Shown here: positions 1 through 9,838 of the stretch, piece after piece | Layout of the letters: each line of letters begins with the position of its first letter | How positions within the stretch are numbered: position 1 is the first letter of the stretch | Assembly: GCF_000018465.1 (NCBI RefSeq) | Contig: NC_010085.1 | Span: 1,020,001-1,052,000, forward strand | Reading direction: 5' to 3' | DNA: 32,000 nt | Origin: Nitrosopumilus maritimus SCM1 | GTDB taxonomy: Archaea; Thermoproteota; Nitrososphaeria; Nitrososphaerales; Nitrosopumilaceae | Notes under the pieces: generated by a model | Told to the model about the DNA's origin: nothing | Databases searched by the model: none | What the model saw: the letters and a program-made list of their open reading frames with translations, nothing else | Made by a program: the position numbers and the translations under genes

Positions 1-1
1 T

Positions 2-613
2 TTGAACAATGATAATTCAGTTCATGGAATCCTTGTTCAATTACCACTTCCAGAACAGCTAGATGAATTTACTACAACATCAAGGATTTCACCACTAAAA
101 GATGTGGATGGTCTAACACCTCACAATGCAGGATTATTAGCAATGAAGAAAGCAGCACTTGTTGCATGTACACCATCAGGAGTAATGGAGATGTTTGATT
201 ATCATGGAATAGAATTAGAAGGAAAAAATATTGTATTGATTAACAGGAGTAATCTTGTTGGAAAACCACTATATCATTTATTGTTAGACAAGAATGCAAC
301 TGTAATTACATGTCATTCTAGAACAAAGAATTTGGTAGAACTGTGTCAATCAGCAGATATCATAATTACAGCAGTGGGAGATAGAAACAAGTTCACATTA
401 ACTTCAGACATGATAAAAGAAGGAGCAATTGTTATTGATGTTGCAATATCAAGATTCCAAGAAAAATTAGTAGGGGATGCAGACTATGAAGACATTATTC
501 AAAAAGCATCTTTTGCAACACCAGTTCCAGGAGGAGTTGGTCCAATGACAGTTGCAATGCTTTTGAAAAATACAATAACTGCAGCATCATTGAGTAGTCA
601 AATTGGAAAATAA
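2..613 (+). CDS. folD: Methylene-THF dehydrogenase / methenyl-THF cyclohydrolase FolD, C-terminal part (5' end lies outside the window)
   Basis: Carries the FolD hallmarks VHGILVQLPLP and PVPGGVGPMTVAML. The ORF runs off the left edge of the window. Confidence 0.9.
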   Translation: MNNDNSVHGILVQLPLPEQLDEFTTTSRISPLKDVDGLTPHNAGLLAMKKAALVACTPSGVMEMFDYHGIELEGKNIVLINRSNLVGKPLYHLLLDKNATVITCHSRTKNLVELCQSADIIITAVGDRNKFTLTSDMIKEGAIVIDVAISRFQEKLVGDADYEDIIQKASFATPVPGGVGPMTVAMLLKNTITAASLSSQIGK

Positions 614-1166
614 TTCTGAAAAAAAATCACTGCGAAATCTTCTTTTAGAAAAAAGAGATGGTACATCATTTGATTTGATGAAGATTGCCAGTGAAAAAAT
701 TAGTAAAAAATTAAAAAAAATTAAAACTTTCAGAGATGCTCAAAAGATTGGCGCATACTATCCAATTGGAAGTGAAGTACCAACTCAAGACATTATTCAA
801 GAATTGCTCAGTGATGGAAAAGAGGTATTCTTGCCAAGAGTGTCAGGAGAAAACATGGATTTTAAGAAAATTAGTGATTTTTCGAGCCTAGAAAGTGGAA
901 GTTTTGAGATAATGGAGCCAAAGATAGATTGTGAGACTGAAAATAACTTGGATGTAATTCTAGTACCTACTGTAGGCATTACCCCAAAAGGAATCAGATT
1001 AGGATACGGACATGGATTCTATGACAGATTTTTGTCAAATCACAAAATATCAACAATTTCTCTAACACTTGAAAAACAAGTTGTAAAAAATATCCCAAAA
1101 TCTGATCATGACATACTAATTGATTGGGTTGTCACTGAAGACAGAATTATAGATACTCATAGATAA
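603..1166 (+). CDS. 5-formyltetrahydrofolate cyclo-ligase (MTHFS family)
   Basis: GIRLGYGHGFYDRFL and the ILVP block are typical of MTHFS. It has a TTG start and overlaps the folD stop by 11 nt, which suggests a folate operon. Confidence 0.8.
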   Translation: MENNSEKKSLRNLLLEKRDGTSFDLMKIASEKISKKLKKIKTFRDAQKIGAYYPIGSEVPTQDIIQELLSDGKEVFLPRVSGENMDFKKISDFSSLESGSFEIMEPKIDCETENNLDVILVPTVGITPKGIRLGYGHGFYDRFLSNHKISTISLTLEKQVVKNIPKSDHDILIDWVVTEDRIIDTHR

Positions 1167-2422
1167 GACAATCCTTTTTTGCCAATATCTTTTCTGCAGA
1201 ACTTGTGAGGCCAAGAAATCTTTTCAGATGCAGTATATGCATTAGCAATTGCAGATTCCAAAGTGTCACCTAAGGCAGTCACTCCCAAAACACGTCCTCC
1301 ATTTGAGAGAATTTTCCCATCAGTCTGTTTTGTTCCTGCATGAAAGACATGTGCATTATCAGAAATAGAATCAAAACCAACAATCTCTTCATTCTTTGGA
1401 TAAGATTCAGGATATCCTTCTGAAGCTAAAACAACACATACAGAGTATTGGTCCTTCCAAGAGATTTCAGGCATTGAGGATAATTTGCCATCAGCACTTG
1501 CAACAAAATAATCATACAAATCAAAATCCATTCTCATGGTAATGGGTTGACATTCAGGATCACCCATTCTAACATTGTATTCTAAAACATATGGTTCGTT
1601 GTCTTTGATCATTATTCCAGCATAAAGAAATCCTTTGAATGTAATTCCCTCATTTTTCATAGACTGGATTGTTTTATCAATAATTTTTTCTTGAATTTTT
1701 TTGGCCAAATCTTCATCAATTATTGGGGTAGGAGAGTAAGCACCCATACCACCTGTGTTTGGACCTTTATCATCATCAAAAATTCGTTTATGGTCTTGGC
1801 TAGAAGCCATAGGGATAGCAACATTACCATCAGAAAGAGCAATGTATGAGGCCTCAATGCCATCAATTCTCTCCTCTACGATTATTCGATTTCCAGCATC
1901 ACCAAATGTCTTTTTTACCAAAATTGTTTGAATTGCAGAAATTGCCTCATCAGAACTATTACAGACAATTACACCCTTGCCAGCAGCCAAGCCGTCTGCT
2001 TTGACTACGACATTATAATCAAGGGATTTTATATAATCTTGAGCTTTCTCAGCATCATCAAATATTTCAAATCTAGCAGTAGGAATATCATTTCTTTTCA
2101 TGAAATCTTTTGCCCAGATTTTACTTGATTCAAGTTGTGCTGCATCTTTTGCAGGACCAAAAATTTTGAGATTTTTTTGATTAAATTTATCAACAATTCC
2201 TGCAGCTAAAGGAGCTTCAGGCCCTACCACTGTAAAACAATTATTTTTTTGAGCAAAATCTGCAAGAGCATCTAAATCATCAACATCAATTGGAACATTG
2301 TTTTTTGTTCCTCCATTTCCAGGAGCAGTAAATACAGTTTCAATTTTGGGGCTTTGAGATAGTTTCCATGACAAAGCATGTTCTCTTCCTCCAGAACCAA
2401 TTACCAGTACATTTACCAACAA
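1157..2422 (-). CDS. purD: Phosphoribosylamine-glycine ligase
   Basis: IGSGGREHAL at the N-terminus, an ATP-grasp core and a full-length 421-aa ORF with a TTG start. Its 3' end overlaps the convergent MTHFS gene by 10 nt. Confidence 0.92.
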   Translation of the reverse strand: MLVNVLVIGSGGREHALSWKLSQSPKIETVFTAPGNGGTKNNVPIDVDDLDALADFAQKNNCFTVVGPEAPLAAGIVDKFNQKNLKIFGPAKDAAQLESSKIWAKDFMKRNDIPTARFEIFDDAEKAQDYIKSLDYNVVVKADGLAAGKGVIVCNSSDEAISAIQTILVKKTFGDAGNRIIVEERIDGIEASYIALSDGNVAIPMASSQDHKRIFDDDKGPNTGGMGAYSPTPIIDEDLAKKIQEKIIDKTIQSMKNEGITFKGFLYAGIMIKDNEPYVLEYNVRMGDPECQPITMRMDFDLYDYFVASADGKLSSMPEISWKDQYSVCVVLASEGYPESYPKNEEIVGFDSISDNAHVFHAGTKQTDGKILSNGGRVLGVTALGDTLESAIANAYTASEKISWPHKFCRKDIGKKGLSYL

Positions 2423-2505
2423 AAATTATTTTTTGCTCAATTATATAATCCAAGTCTCACAAAACCAATTTAGCTTTATAATGCCACAGATCTACCAAAA
2501 GCCAG

Positions 2506-5500
2506 ATGGAACTATCTACAAAGTTTGATGCAAAAGCAATCGAATCAGAGATTAAAGAATATGTAAAATCAATTGATTTAGAAAAGCAGATTTTTGCATC
2601 AGACAAGCCTGAAAAGATCAGATTCATTGAAGGTCCACCTACAATGAACGGAATTCCTCACGCAGGACATCTTAGAGGCAGAGTCATCAAAGATTTGTGG
2701 TATAGGTACAATACACTCCAAGGGAAGAAGATTGAATTTAATGGAGGATGGGACACACAAGGACTTCCTGTAGAACTACAAGTTGAAAAAGAGCTGGGAG
2801 TTACAGGTGGAAAGACTGAAGCAATCAAACAATTTGGGGTAGAGAGAATTGTATCTGAATGCAAAAAAGTTGTTGAAAAATACAACAAGACATGGGTAGA
2901 AGTTGATGAATTACTTGGGATGTCATTTAATCATGATAAAGCATATTGGACTTTTAGAGATGAATTTATTGAAAGAGAATGGCAAGTTCTAAAAAAAGCA
3001 CACGAGAATGGAATTTTAGAAGAAGATTTTACAGTTATTGCATATTGTCCTAGTTGTCAGACATCACTTAGTCATGCAGAAGTTAATCAAGGGTATGAAG
3101 AAGTAAAGGACCCATCACTATACTATAAAGTAAAACTGGTAGATGAAGATGTATTTTTGATTGTATGGACTACAATGCCATTTACACTAGTTACTGATGC
3201 AATGGTAGGATTACAGCCAGAAGAAGATTATGCTTATGTCAAAGTAGAAAATGAAACTTGGGTTGTTGGAAAAACAAGATTAGAAGAATTCATGACTGAA
3301 GTAAAAATTGAAGATTACAAAATCGAAAAGACTGTCAAAGGTTCAGAATTTGAAGGGAAAAAATACATCCATCCATTATTGGATTTGATTCCAGAGTTAA
3401 ACGAATGCTCAAAGGCAGACAATTTCCATGTAGCAGTATCAGAATCGTTCGTTGATGCTAGTACTGGTAGTGGTCTTGTACATCTGTCTCCAGCAAACGG
3501 TGAGGAAGATATCAAGATTGCAAACAAGAGAAAAGTCAAGATTTTCAGCCCCATAGATGACGAGGTAAAGTTCACTTCTCAGGCAGGAAAATACCAAGGA
3601 ATGTTTGTCAGAGATGCGGACAGACCAATTGTAGAAGATTTGAAAGAGTGTAATGCTCTAGTAAAGATTGGCAAAATCAAACACAAGTATCCACTTTGTT
3701 GGAGATCACACCATCCAATTGTATGGCTTGCAAGAAAGGGTTGGTTCTACAAACTAGACAGACTAGATAACAAGGCAATTGATGCAGCAGAAAGTGTAGA
3801 GTATTATTTTGAACAACCAAAAAACAGATTCTTAGGAATTATCAAAGAGAGACATCCTTGGTGTATCTCAAGGGAGAGAATTTGGGGATGTCCATTGCCA
3901 GTATGGGCATGTGAAGAATGCAATGAAAGAAACTGGTTTTTTACAAGAAAAGAGATTGTAGAATCAGCTGACAATCTTCCTGATGGCCCAGACTTTGAAT
4001 TACACAGACCATGGATTGATAACATTACAATAAAGTGTAAAAAATGTGGCAGTACAAAAACAAAGAGAGAAGAATATGTTTTAGATACTTGGCACAATAG
4101 TGGTTCTGCACCATATTCATCATTAACTGATGAAGAGTACACAAACGAAATTCCAGCACCATTCTTCACTGAAGGAATTGATCAAACTAGAGGATGGGCA
4201 TATACACTACTCATTGAAAATGTAATTCTAAACAACGGACCAACCCCACCATACAAGTCATTCTTGTTCCAAGGACATGTACTTGATGAGAAAGGAGGCA
4301 AGATGAGCAAGAGTAAAGGCAATGTTTTGGAAGGAATTGAATTACTAGAAAAATATCCTGCAGATTTGATTAGATTTTATTTCATGTGGAAGGCTAGTCC
4401 AATTGAACCACTTAGTTTCAGTACAGAAGAGTTAATGTCAAGACCATATCAAGTAATCAACACACTATTCAATTTACACTTGTACTTTAAGCAAAACAGC
4501 CAGTATGATAACTTTGAAAAAGAAAACACGATAGAGTGGGCAAAACAAAAGAATTTGTTAACATCACCAGACATTTGGCTCTTATCAAAACTTCAAAAAT
4601 TAATCTCAAAAATTACAGACCGCAATGATTCTTGCAAATTTCATGAAGGTGCAAAAGCAATTGACGACTTTATCATTAACAATCTAAGTCAAATCTACAT
4701 TCCAATTACAAGAGGAGAATTGTGGGATGAAGACGAGGATAAAAAGGAGAGAAGGCTTGCAATTTATGCAGTACTAGAGGAAGTTCTAAGAACATTAGAT
4801 ATCTTGATTCATCCATTTTGTCCATTTACCAGTGAGCATCTGTACCAAACAGTCTTTGATGGAAAACAAAGCATACTACTAGACAAATGGCCAAAATCAC
4901 AAGAGTCACTAGTCAATGAAGAGATTGAAGAATCATTTGACATTATGAAAGATGTAGTATCAGTTTCATCAGCTGCAAGAATGAAAGGCAAACTCAAAAG
5001 AAGATGGCCATTAAATGAAGCAAAAATTTGTGTTAAGAAAGGACTAAAGTCAAAGTTAGAATCACTATCAGAACTACTCCAGTCTCAGCTAAATGTAGAG
5101 AAATTCAGCATTGCTGAAACTGAAAAAGAATCAGGATTAGAACAAATTTTAGAATTAAAACAACTAGGACTGCCTGCAAAGCCAATTGTTGAATTGGAAA
5201 GAAAGAGAATCGGGCCAAAAGCAAAACAACACATGGGAAAACTTGTTGCAAAGTTCTCTGAAACAAATCCTGATGAAATAATTTCATCTTTACAAAATAA
5301 TTCAAAGTTTGATTTTGATATTGATGATGAAACGATTTCACTTGACAATGAAGATTTTGTTGTAGACTTTGATGCTGATGAAAATTATGCAATGTCAAAA
5401 AGAGATGATTATGTAGTGTTTATCTCAACATCGCGAAACAAAGAGATGATGGCAAAAGGATTAGTCAAAGATGTTGCAAGAAGATTGCAAACTTTGAGAA

Positions 5501-5703
5501 AAGAGAGAGGATACAATCCAACTGATGTTTTAGGAGTCGCATCAATTCTTGATTTAGATGAAGAATCACTTGAAATGATCAAAGAAAAATCAGAAGACTT
5601 GGCTTTCTTGGTAAGAGTAAAGCAAGTCAACTTTACAGAATCATGTAAAGAATACAAAGATGACGACATTGATGGTCAGAAGATTAGAATTTCAGTAGAG
5701 TAA
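2506..5703 (+). CDS. ileS: Isoleucyl-tRNA synthetase (archaeal-type, 1065 aa)
   Basis: Class I signatures are present: a HIGH-type motif (PHAGHLRG) and KMSKS (GGKMSKSKGN), plus Zn-binding Cys pairs and an IleRS-like editing domain. A TATA-like tttataat lies about 30 nt before the ATG. Confidence 0.95.
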   Translation: MELSTKFDAKAIESEIKEYVKSIDLEKQIFASDKPEKIRFIEGPPTMNGIPHAGHLRGRVIKDLWYRYNTLQGKKIEFNGGWDTQGLPVELQVEKELGVTGGKTEAIKQFGVERIVSECKKVVEKYNKTWVEVDELLGMSFNHDKAYWTFRDEFIEREWQVLKKAHENGILEEDFTVIAYCPSCQTSLSHAEVNQGYEEVKDPSLYYKVKLVDEDVFLIVWTTMPFTLVTDAMVGLQPEEDYAYVKVENETWVVGKTRLEEFMTEVKIEDYKIEKTVKGSEFEGKKYIHPLLDLIPELNECSKADNFHVAVSESFVDASTGSGLVHLSPANGEEDIKIANKRKVKIFSPIDDEVKFTSQAGKYQGMFVRDADRPIVEDLKECNALVKIGKIKHKYPLCWRSHHPIVWLARKGWFYKLDRLDNKAIDAAESVEYYFEQPKNRFLGIIKERHPWCISRERIWGCPLPVWACEECNERNWFFTRKEIVESADNLPDGPDFELHRPWIDNITIKCKKCGSTKTKREEYVLDTWHNSGSAPYSSLTDEEYTNEIPAPFFTEGIDQTRGWAYTLLIENVILNNGPTPPYKSFLFQGHVLDEKGGKMSKSKGNVLEGIELLEKYPADLIRFYFMWKASPIEPLSFSTEELMSRPYQVINTLFNLHLYFKQNSQYDNFEKENTIEWAKQKNLLTSPDIWLLSKLQKLISKITDRNDSCKFHEGAKAIDDFIINNLSQIYIPITRGELWDEDEDKKERRLAIYAVLEEVLRTLDILIHPFCPFTSEHLYQTVFDGKQSILLDKWPKSQESLVNEEIEESFDIMKDVVSVSSAARMKGKLKRRWPLNEAKICVKKGLKSKLESLSELLQSQLNVEKFSIAETEKESGLEQILELKQLGLPAKPIVELERKRIGPKAKQHMGKLVAKFSETNPDEIISSLQNNSKFDFDIDDETISLDNEDFVVDFDADENYAMSKRDDYVVFISTSRNKEMMAKGLVKDVARRLQTLRKERGYNPTDVLGVASILDLDEESLEMIKEKSEDLAFLVRVKQVNFTESCKEYKDDDIDGQKIRISVE

Positions 5704-5776
5704 GTTCTAGAAAAAATTTGATTGCAGTGCAGACTCACTTTTTATTAATAAAAAATACAAAAAATCAATCATATTC

Positions 5777-5830
5777 CAGAAGAGATTGGCATCTAGGTCC
5801 CCCAACCAGTATTTTCTCCTATCTCTTCTG
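5777..5830. repeat. Inverted repeat CAGAAGAGAT ... ATCTCTTCTG (10-bp arms, 34-nt spacer containing a locally GC-rich GGTCCCCCAACC)
   Basis: The arms at 5777..5786 and 5821..5830 are exact reverse complements. The element lies about 60-110 nt upstream of the Dps-like gene. Confidence 0.45.
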
Positions 5831-5888
5831 AGAATTAATTTCTAGATTCATGTAATATTTTTATTAGAATCATAGTAGACATAGGGAA

Positions 5889-6476
5889 ATGTCCGAATCA
5901 AAGGAACCTAACGTAGTTGGGATTAATGTCCTAAAGCAAAATGGTGTAGATGTTGATGAATTAGTAAATGAGCTAATCAAAAATGCAGCCGTAGAATTTA
6001 CTGCATACTACTACTTTACCAACCTTAGAGCACACTGCACAGGCATGGAGGGAGAAGGACTCAAAGGAATTATTGAAGATGCCAGACTAGAAGACCTCAG
6101 TCATTTTGAATCATGTATTGAGAGAATCTATCAATTAGGTGGTTCACTTCCAAATGATGCAACTGAATTTATCAAAATTTCAGGATGTGAGTTTTTACAA
6201 CTTCCACCAAATCCAACTGATCACAAAGCAATTCTAGAGAAATGTCTCAAAGCAGAACAAGGTGCAATTGTCAACTGGAATAAAATTTGCAAGATGACAC
6301 TTGGAAAAGATCCAGCAACATATGATATTGCAAAAGACATCTTGGCTGAAGAGATCGAGCATGAGTCTTGGTTCTTAGAGTTAATCTATGGAAGACCATC
6401 AGGACACATGAGAAGAAAGTATGCTGGAGAAAGACCACATACAAGAAAACACTCTAGAGCTCTTGATATGGCCTAA
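5889..6476 (+). CDS. Ferritin-like / Dps-like (DPSL-type) di-iron protein
   Basis: Four-helix ferritin-like pattern with E..H di-iron ligand motifs (EEIEHESWF, EDLSHFE). The size of 195 aa is typical of archaeal Dps-like proteins. Confidence 0.6.
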   Translation: MSESKEPNVVGINVLKQNGVDVDELVNELIKNAAVEFTAYYYFTNLRAHCTGMEGEGLKGIIEDARLEDLSHFESCIERIYQLGGSLPNDATEFIKISGCEFLQLPPNPTDHKAILEKCLKAEQGAIVNWNKICKMTLGKDPATYDIAKDILAEEIEHESWFLELIYGRPSGHMRRKYAGERPHTRKHSRALDMA

Positions 6477-6578
6477 GCCAGATCATCTTCTTTCTTATTT
6501 TATGTAATTTTAATGACGACAAATAGTGAAGATGCGTTGTTTTATCACGGTTAAATAGAAAAATTACGTATTGATATC

Positions 6579-6908
6579 ATGGTAAAGCAGATTAGTCTTG
6601 ATGCATGGCAGATTCAGCATCTAGCAGACTTGCTTGAAAAGGGCTCTAAAATTGTTGAGAAAACTAATCGACCTATTGTCCTTTACAGACAAACTCTAGA
6701 AGAAGAAGATGAATCTTATGAAGAGATTGTGTGTACACTTACCAAAGGATATGTAATTGAGCAGATGGTGACATCAGGAGGAGTCCTAGTTCCAAGTTTT
6801 CACCAACAGTTTGTATTTACCATTGAAGAATATCCTCAAGAATTGTTGAGAAAAAGCAAGGATCGCTTTTTAGAAATGATTGACTTTCTTGATGAGCAAC
6901 TAAGATAA
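6579..6908 (+). CDS. Hypothetical protein (109 aa, acidic, cytoplasmic)
   Basis: Clean ORF in a gap between genes. I recognise no motif. Confidence 0.45.
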   Translation: MVKQISLDAWQIQHLADLLEKGSKIVEKTNRPIVLYRQTLEEEDESYEEIVCTLTKGYVIEQMVTSGGVLVPSFHQQFVFTIEEYPQELLRKSKDRFLEMIDFLDEQLR

Positions 6909-6948
6909 CGCCATAATTAATAAAGACCGTAAAATTCAGGATTTTTGC

Positions 6949-8055
6949 ATGCAATTACTAGAATTTCAGGCAAAAGAGCTATTTCGTGAATATGGCATCA
7001 ACCTGCTAGACAGTATTTCATCTACAAATATCGAAGAGGGTAGAAAGCATGCAAAAGAGTTAGGATATCCATTTGTGATTAAAATTCAGGTTCCAGTAGG
7101 AGGCAGAGGTAAGGCTGGAGGTATCCAAAAATGCCAAAATGATGATGAATTTGAGATAAAATATCCCCAAGTCATGGATTTGACAATAAAGGGAGAAAAA
7201 GCAAGAGCCATTCTTTTGGAAAAGATGGCAGATATCAAAAAAGAGTTGTATCTTTCAATATTTTTGAATCGTTCAAAGAGATGTTATACAATTATTGCAT
7301 CTGATGAGGGCGGTGTTGAAATTGAATCAGTGAAAAACCAAATCATCAAAGAGATCGGATTAGGTGAAGTTTCAGATGATCTTGCACAAGAAGTTGCAAA
7401 AGAGATGGGACTAGAAGGAAAACACGCTGAAGGTGTTGTAGACACTTTGAAAAAACTATCAAAACTTACAATTGAAAAAGAAGCAGAACTTGTTGAAATT
7501 AATCCACTTGCAATTATGCAAGACGATTCAATAACTGCACTAGATGGAAAGTTTGTTACAGATGATAATAGTAACTTTAGACATCCAGAGTTAGAAAAGT
7601 ATCAAGAAAAGTCAGAGATTGAAGAGCAAGCTGAAAAAAGCGGATTCTCACTAGTTGAATTAGACGGAGACATTGCAGTAGTAGGTAATGGTGCAGGACT
7701 GGTAATGTCTACATTAGATATGTTATCAGATAACGGAGGAAAGCCAGCATGTTTCTTAGATGTTGGTGGCGGTGCAACAACTGAATCAGTTTACGAAGCA
7801 CTAACTTTGATTAGTAAATTAGATAGAGTAAAAGGAATTTTGGTAAACCTCTATGGAGGAATTGTAAAGACTACAGTAGTAGCTGAAGCATTTCTCAAAG
7901 CATATGAGGATAACGTAATTGACTTACCAGTATTTTCAAGACTAAAGGGAACAGAATCAGAAAAAGCAACAGAGATGCTGCAAGGTTCTAGAACCAAAAT
8001 TTTCAGTACAGTTGAAGAAGCAATCAACGCAGCAGTAATGGGAGTAAAGAATTGA
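6949..8055 (+). CDS. sucC: Succinyl-CoA synthetase (ADP-forming) beta subunit
   Basis: The N-terminus MQLLEFQAKELFREYGI and the ATP-grasp fold are typical of SucC. Its stop overlaps the sucD start by 4 nt. Confidence 0.9.
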   Translation: MQLLEFQAKELFREYGINLLDSISSTNIEEGRKHAKELGYPFVIKIQVPVGGRGKAGGIQKCQNDDEFEIKYPQVMDLTIKGEKARAILLEKMADIKKELYLSIFLNRSKRCYTIIASDEGGVEIESVKNQIIKEIGLGEVSDDLAQEVAKEMGLEGKHAEGVVDTLKKLSKLTIEKEAELVEINPLAIMQDDSITALDGKFVTDDNSNFRHPELEKYQEKSEIEEQAEKSGFSLVELDGDIAVVGNGAGLVMSTLDMLSDNGGKPACFLDVGGGATTESVYEALTLISKLDRVKGILVNLYGGIVKTTVVAEAFLKAYEDNVIDLPVFSRLKGTESEKATEMLQGSRTKIFSTVEEAINAAVMGVKN

Positions 8056-8969
8056 CAGACATTTTTGGACTACTAAAGGGAAATCCAGGAGATTCTGATT
8101 ATGAGAAGAAAGGAGTAATTGTTCAAGGGATTACTGGAGCATATGGTTCACTACATGCAAGAAACATGATTGCATATGGAACAAATGTTGTTGCAGGAGT
8201 TACTCCTGGAAAAGGTGGCCAGAAATTTGATGATAAAGTTCCAATTTACAATTCAATGCAAGAAGCAGTAGATGCAACTAATGCTAAAATATCAATTGTC
8301 TTTGTTCCAGCAAAGTTCTTTCTTAGTGCTGCAAAAGATGCACTAGAGGCAGGAATCAAACTACTAGTTGCAATTCCAGAGCACGTTCCAGTTAGAGATA
8401 CAATGGAAACACTAGAGCTTGCAAAACAAAAAGGAGCAGTAGTCATTGGTCCAAACACTCCAGGAATAATGATTCCAGAATTAATTAAAATTGGAATTAT
8501 GCCACCAATGCCTTTCAAGGCAGGAAAGATTGCCGTTTTATCAAAGAGCGGAACATTACTTTATGAGATTTCAGATGCATTAACTAATGCAGGATTCGGT
8601 CAATCAATTACAATTGGCATTGGAGGAGATCCAGTTAATGGAACAAGACTCATTGATGCATTTGACATGGTAAAAGACATTCCAGACTTGGAAGGAATGG
8701 TAGTTGTAGGAGAAATTGGTGGAGACTCTGAGGAAATGTTAGCTCAAAGAATTATTGATTCAGGATTTAACAAACCAACTGTTGCATACATTGCAGGTAG
8801 AGCAGCACCTAAAGAAAAGAGAATGGGACATGCAGGTGCAATTGTCATGGGAACATATGGTTCAGCTGAATCCAAAGTTTCAATGTTTAACAAGGCAAAC
8901 ATTCCTGTAGCAAAAAGACCTGCAGAAGTACCAGTTTTGCTAGCAGGAAAGATGGAAAAATCCGATTAG
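8052..8969 (+). CDS. sucD: Succinyl-CoA synthetase alpha subunit
   Basis: CoA-binding GITG..G motif and the phosphohistidine loop MGHAGAIV. It is translationally coupled to sucC. Confidence 0.92.
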   Translation: MTDIFGLLKGNPGDSDYEKKGVIVQGITGAYGSLHARNMIAYGTNVVAGVTPGKGGQKFDDKVPIYNSMQEAVDATNAKISIVFVPAKFFLSAAKDALEAGIKLLVAIPEHVPVRDTMETLELAKQKGAVVIGPNTPGIMIPELIKIGIMPPMPFKAGKIAVLSKSGTLLYEISDALTNAGFGQSITIGIGGDPVNGTRLIDAFDMVKDIPDLEGMVVVGEIGGDSEEMLAQRIIDSGFNKPTVAYIAGRAAPKEKRMGHAGAIVMGTYGSAESKVSMFNKANIPVAKRPAEVPVLLAGKMEKSD

Positions 8970-9000
8970 ATTAAAAGAGAGTGTTTTAGGAGAGAATCAA

Positions 9001-9168
9001 ATGCCAATCACAGACCCAGAAAAGAAACGAATTGCACAGCAAGCTAGACTTGTCATGAGAATTTGTTTTAATTGTGGGGCACGAAACGATGTTGGCGCTA
9101 CTAGATGCAGAAAATGCAGAAACCCATACTTGAGATTAAAGAACAGAAATCTCGGCGTAAAGAAATAG
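9001..9168 (+). CDS. rpl40e: Ribosomal protein L40e (55 aa; too short to appear in the supplied ORF track)
   Basis: Hand translation gives MPITDPEKKRIAQQARLVMRICFNCGARNDVGATRCRKCRNPYLRLKNRNLGVKK. This is the archaeal L40e pattern with a C..C-x10-C..C zinc ribbon and a basic tail. Confidence 0.8.
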   Translation: MPITDPEKKRIAQQARLVMRICFNCGARNDVGATRCRKCRNPYLRLKNRNLGVKK

Positions 9169-9170
9169 AA

Positions 9171-9419
9171 CTAGAAATTCATCAGTCTTTGTCTATAATC
9201 TACAATTGCAGATTTTATATCAGAATTGTACCTCATTACAAAAGATTTTGCTAAATCAGAATTCTCCAACTCTTCTAGATCAATTTGTAGATCATCAGGT
9301 AGTTGTTCGTTCATTTGAAAGAGAATCTTTGCAGCATCAGTATATTGTCCAAGATTTTCAGCATACTCAAATGCTAATTTCATCCTGTCAATTAATGCAT
9401 CAAATTCCTGTAAAGACAT
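9171..9419 (-). CDS. Hypothetical small acidic helical protein (82 aa)
   Basis: ORF only, with no recognisable motif. It is more plausible than the overlapping + strand ORF 9206..9481. Confidence 0.4.
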   Translation of the reverse strand: MSLQEFDALIDRMKLAFEYAENLGQYTDAAKILFQMNEQLPDDLQIDLEELENSDLAKSFVMRYNSDIKSAIVDYRQRLMNF

Positions 9420-9514
9420 GTTATGATTTTTCAGAATTTAGTACTAAAGGGATTGGTAATTACAAAATATCCAGAATCTAAAGACAAAAAAACTCGTAGT
9501 TGCGTAATTTTGTT

Positions 9515-9611
9515 GGACCGGTCGTCTAGTTTGGTTTGGATGACGCACTCACACTGCGTAAGGGAACAAAATTCTCCGCAAAGGTCGTGGGTTCAAATCC
9601 CATCCGGTCCA
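9515..9611 (+). tRNA. tRNA-Val (anticodon CAC at 9550..9552) with a 22-nt intron in the variable-loop region (about 9560..9581)
   Basis: Hand fold. The acceptor GGACCGG pairs with CCGGTCC, with discriminator A. The D arm is GTCT/GGAT with a GG-containing loop. The anticodon arm is ACGCA-CTCACAC-TGCGT. The T arm is GTGGG-TTCAAAT-CCCAT. An extra 22 nt lies between the anticodon stem and variable loop AGGTC. It folds as helix TGCG/CGCA, 3-nt bulges TAA and AAG, and an inner hairpin GGGAA-CAAAA-TTCTC, which is bulge-helix-bulge-like. Confidence 0.75.
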
Positions 9612-9731
9612 CCTACCTTTATGGGTATTATTTTGGACGCAGATATTCATCGATTTTTCCATATCCCCAAAGAATAAGATGTGAAATTTGAATCTGTAAG
9701 AATTCATAATCTTGTAGAATTGTACAATTGG

Positions 9732-9745
9732 TTTACAAATGTAAA
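9732..9745. promoter_or_regulatory. Palindrome copy tttacaaatgtaaa (1 mismatch to TTTACAATTGTAAA)
   Basis: Intergenic, 94 nt upstream of the 9839 start. It directly follows a second perfect palindrome, AATTGTACAATT, at 9718..9729. Confidence 0.6.
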
Positions 9746-9838
9746 ATATTTCAAGTGTATTTTATCATTCAATTGCTTTATACAATTTTTTTGCTATATG
9801 TAAAGATCCTTTAAATCAATGAAAGTATTAACATATGC

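Noticed and set aside
4024-4044. Motif-like strings inside housekeeping genes: ttacaataaagtgtaaa in ileS, tgtaattaca at 301..310 in folD and caagttgtaaaa at 1076..1087
   Set aside because: The spacing is wrong or a half-site is missing, and they lie inside well-supported coding regions. They are not counted as sites.
9423-9677. 84-aa ORF in the supplied track
   Set aside because: It lies directly across the tRNA-Val gene (9515..9611). The sequence folds as a tRNA, and the ORF has no protein-like features.
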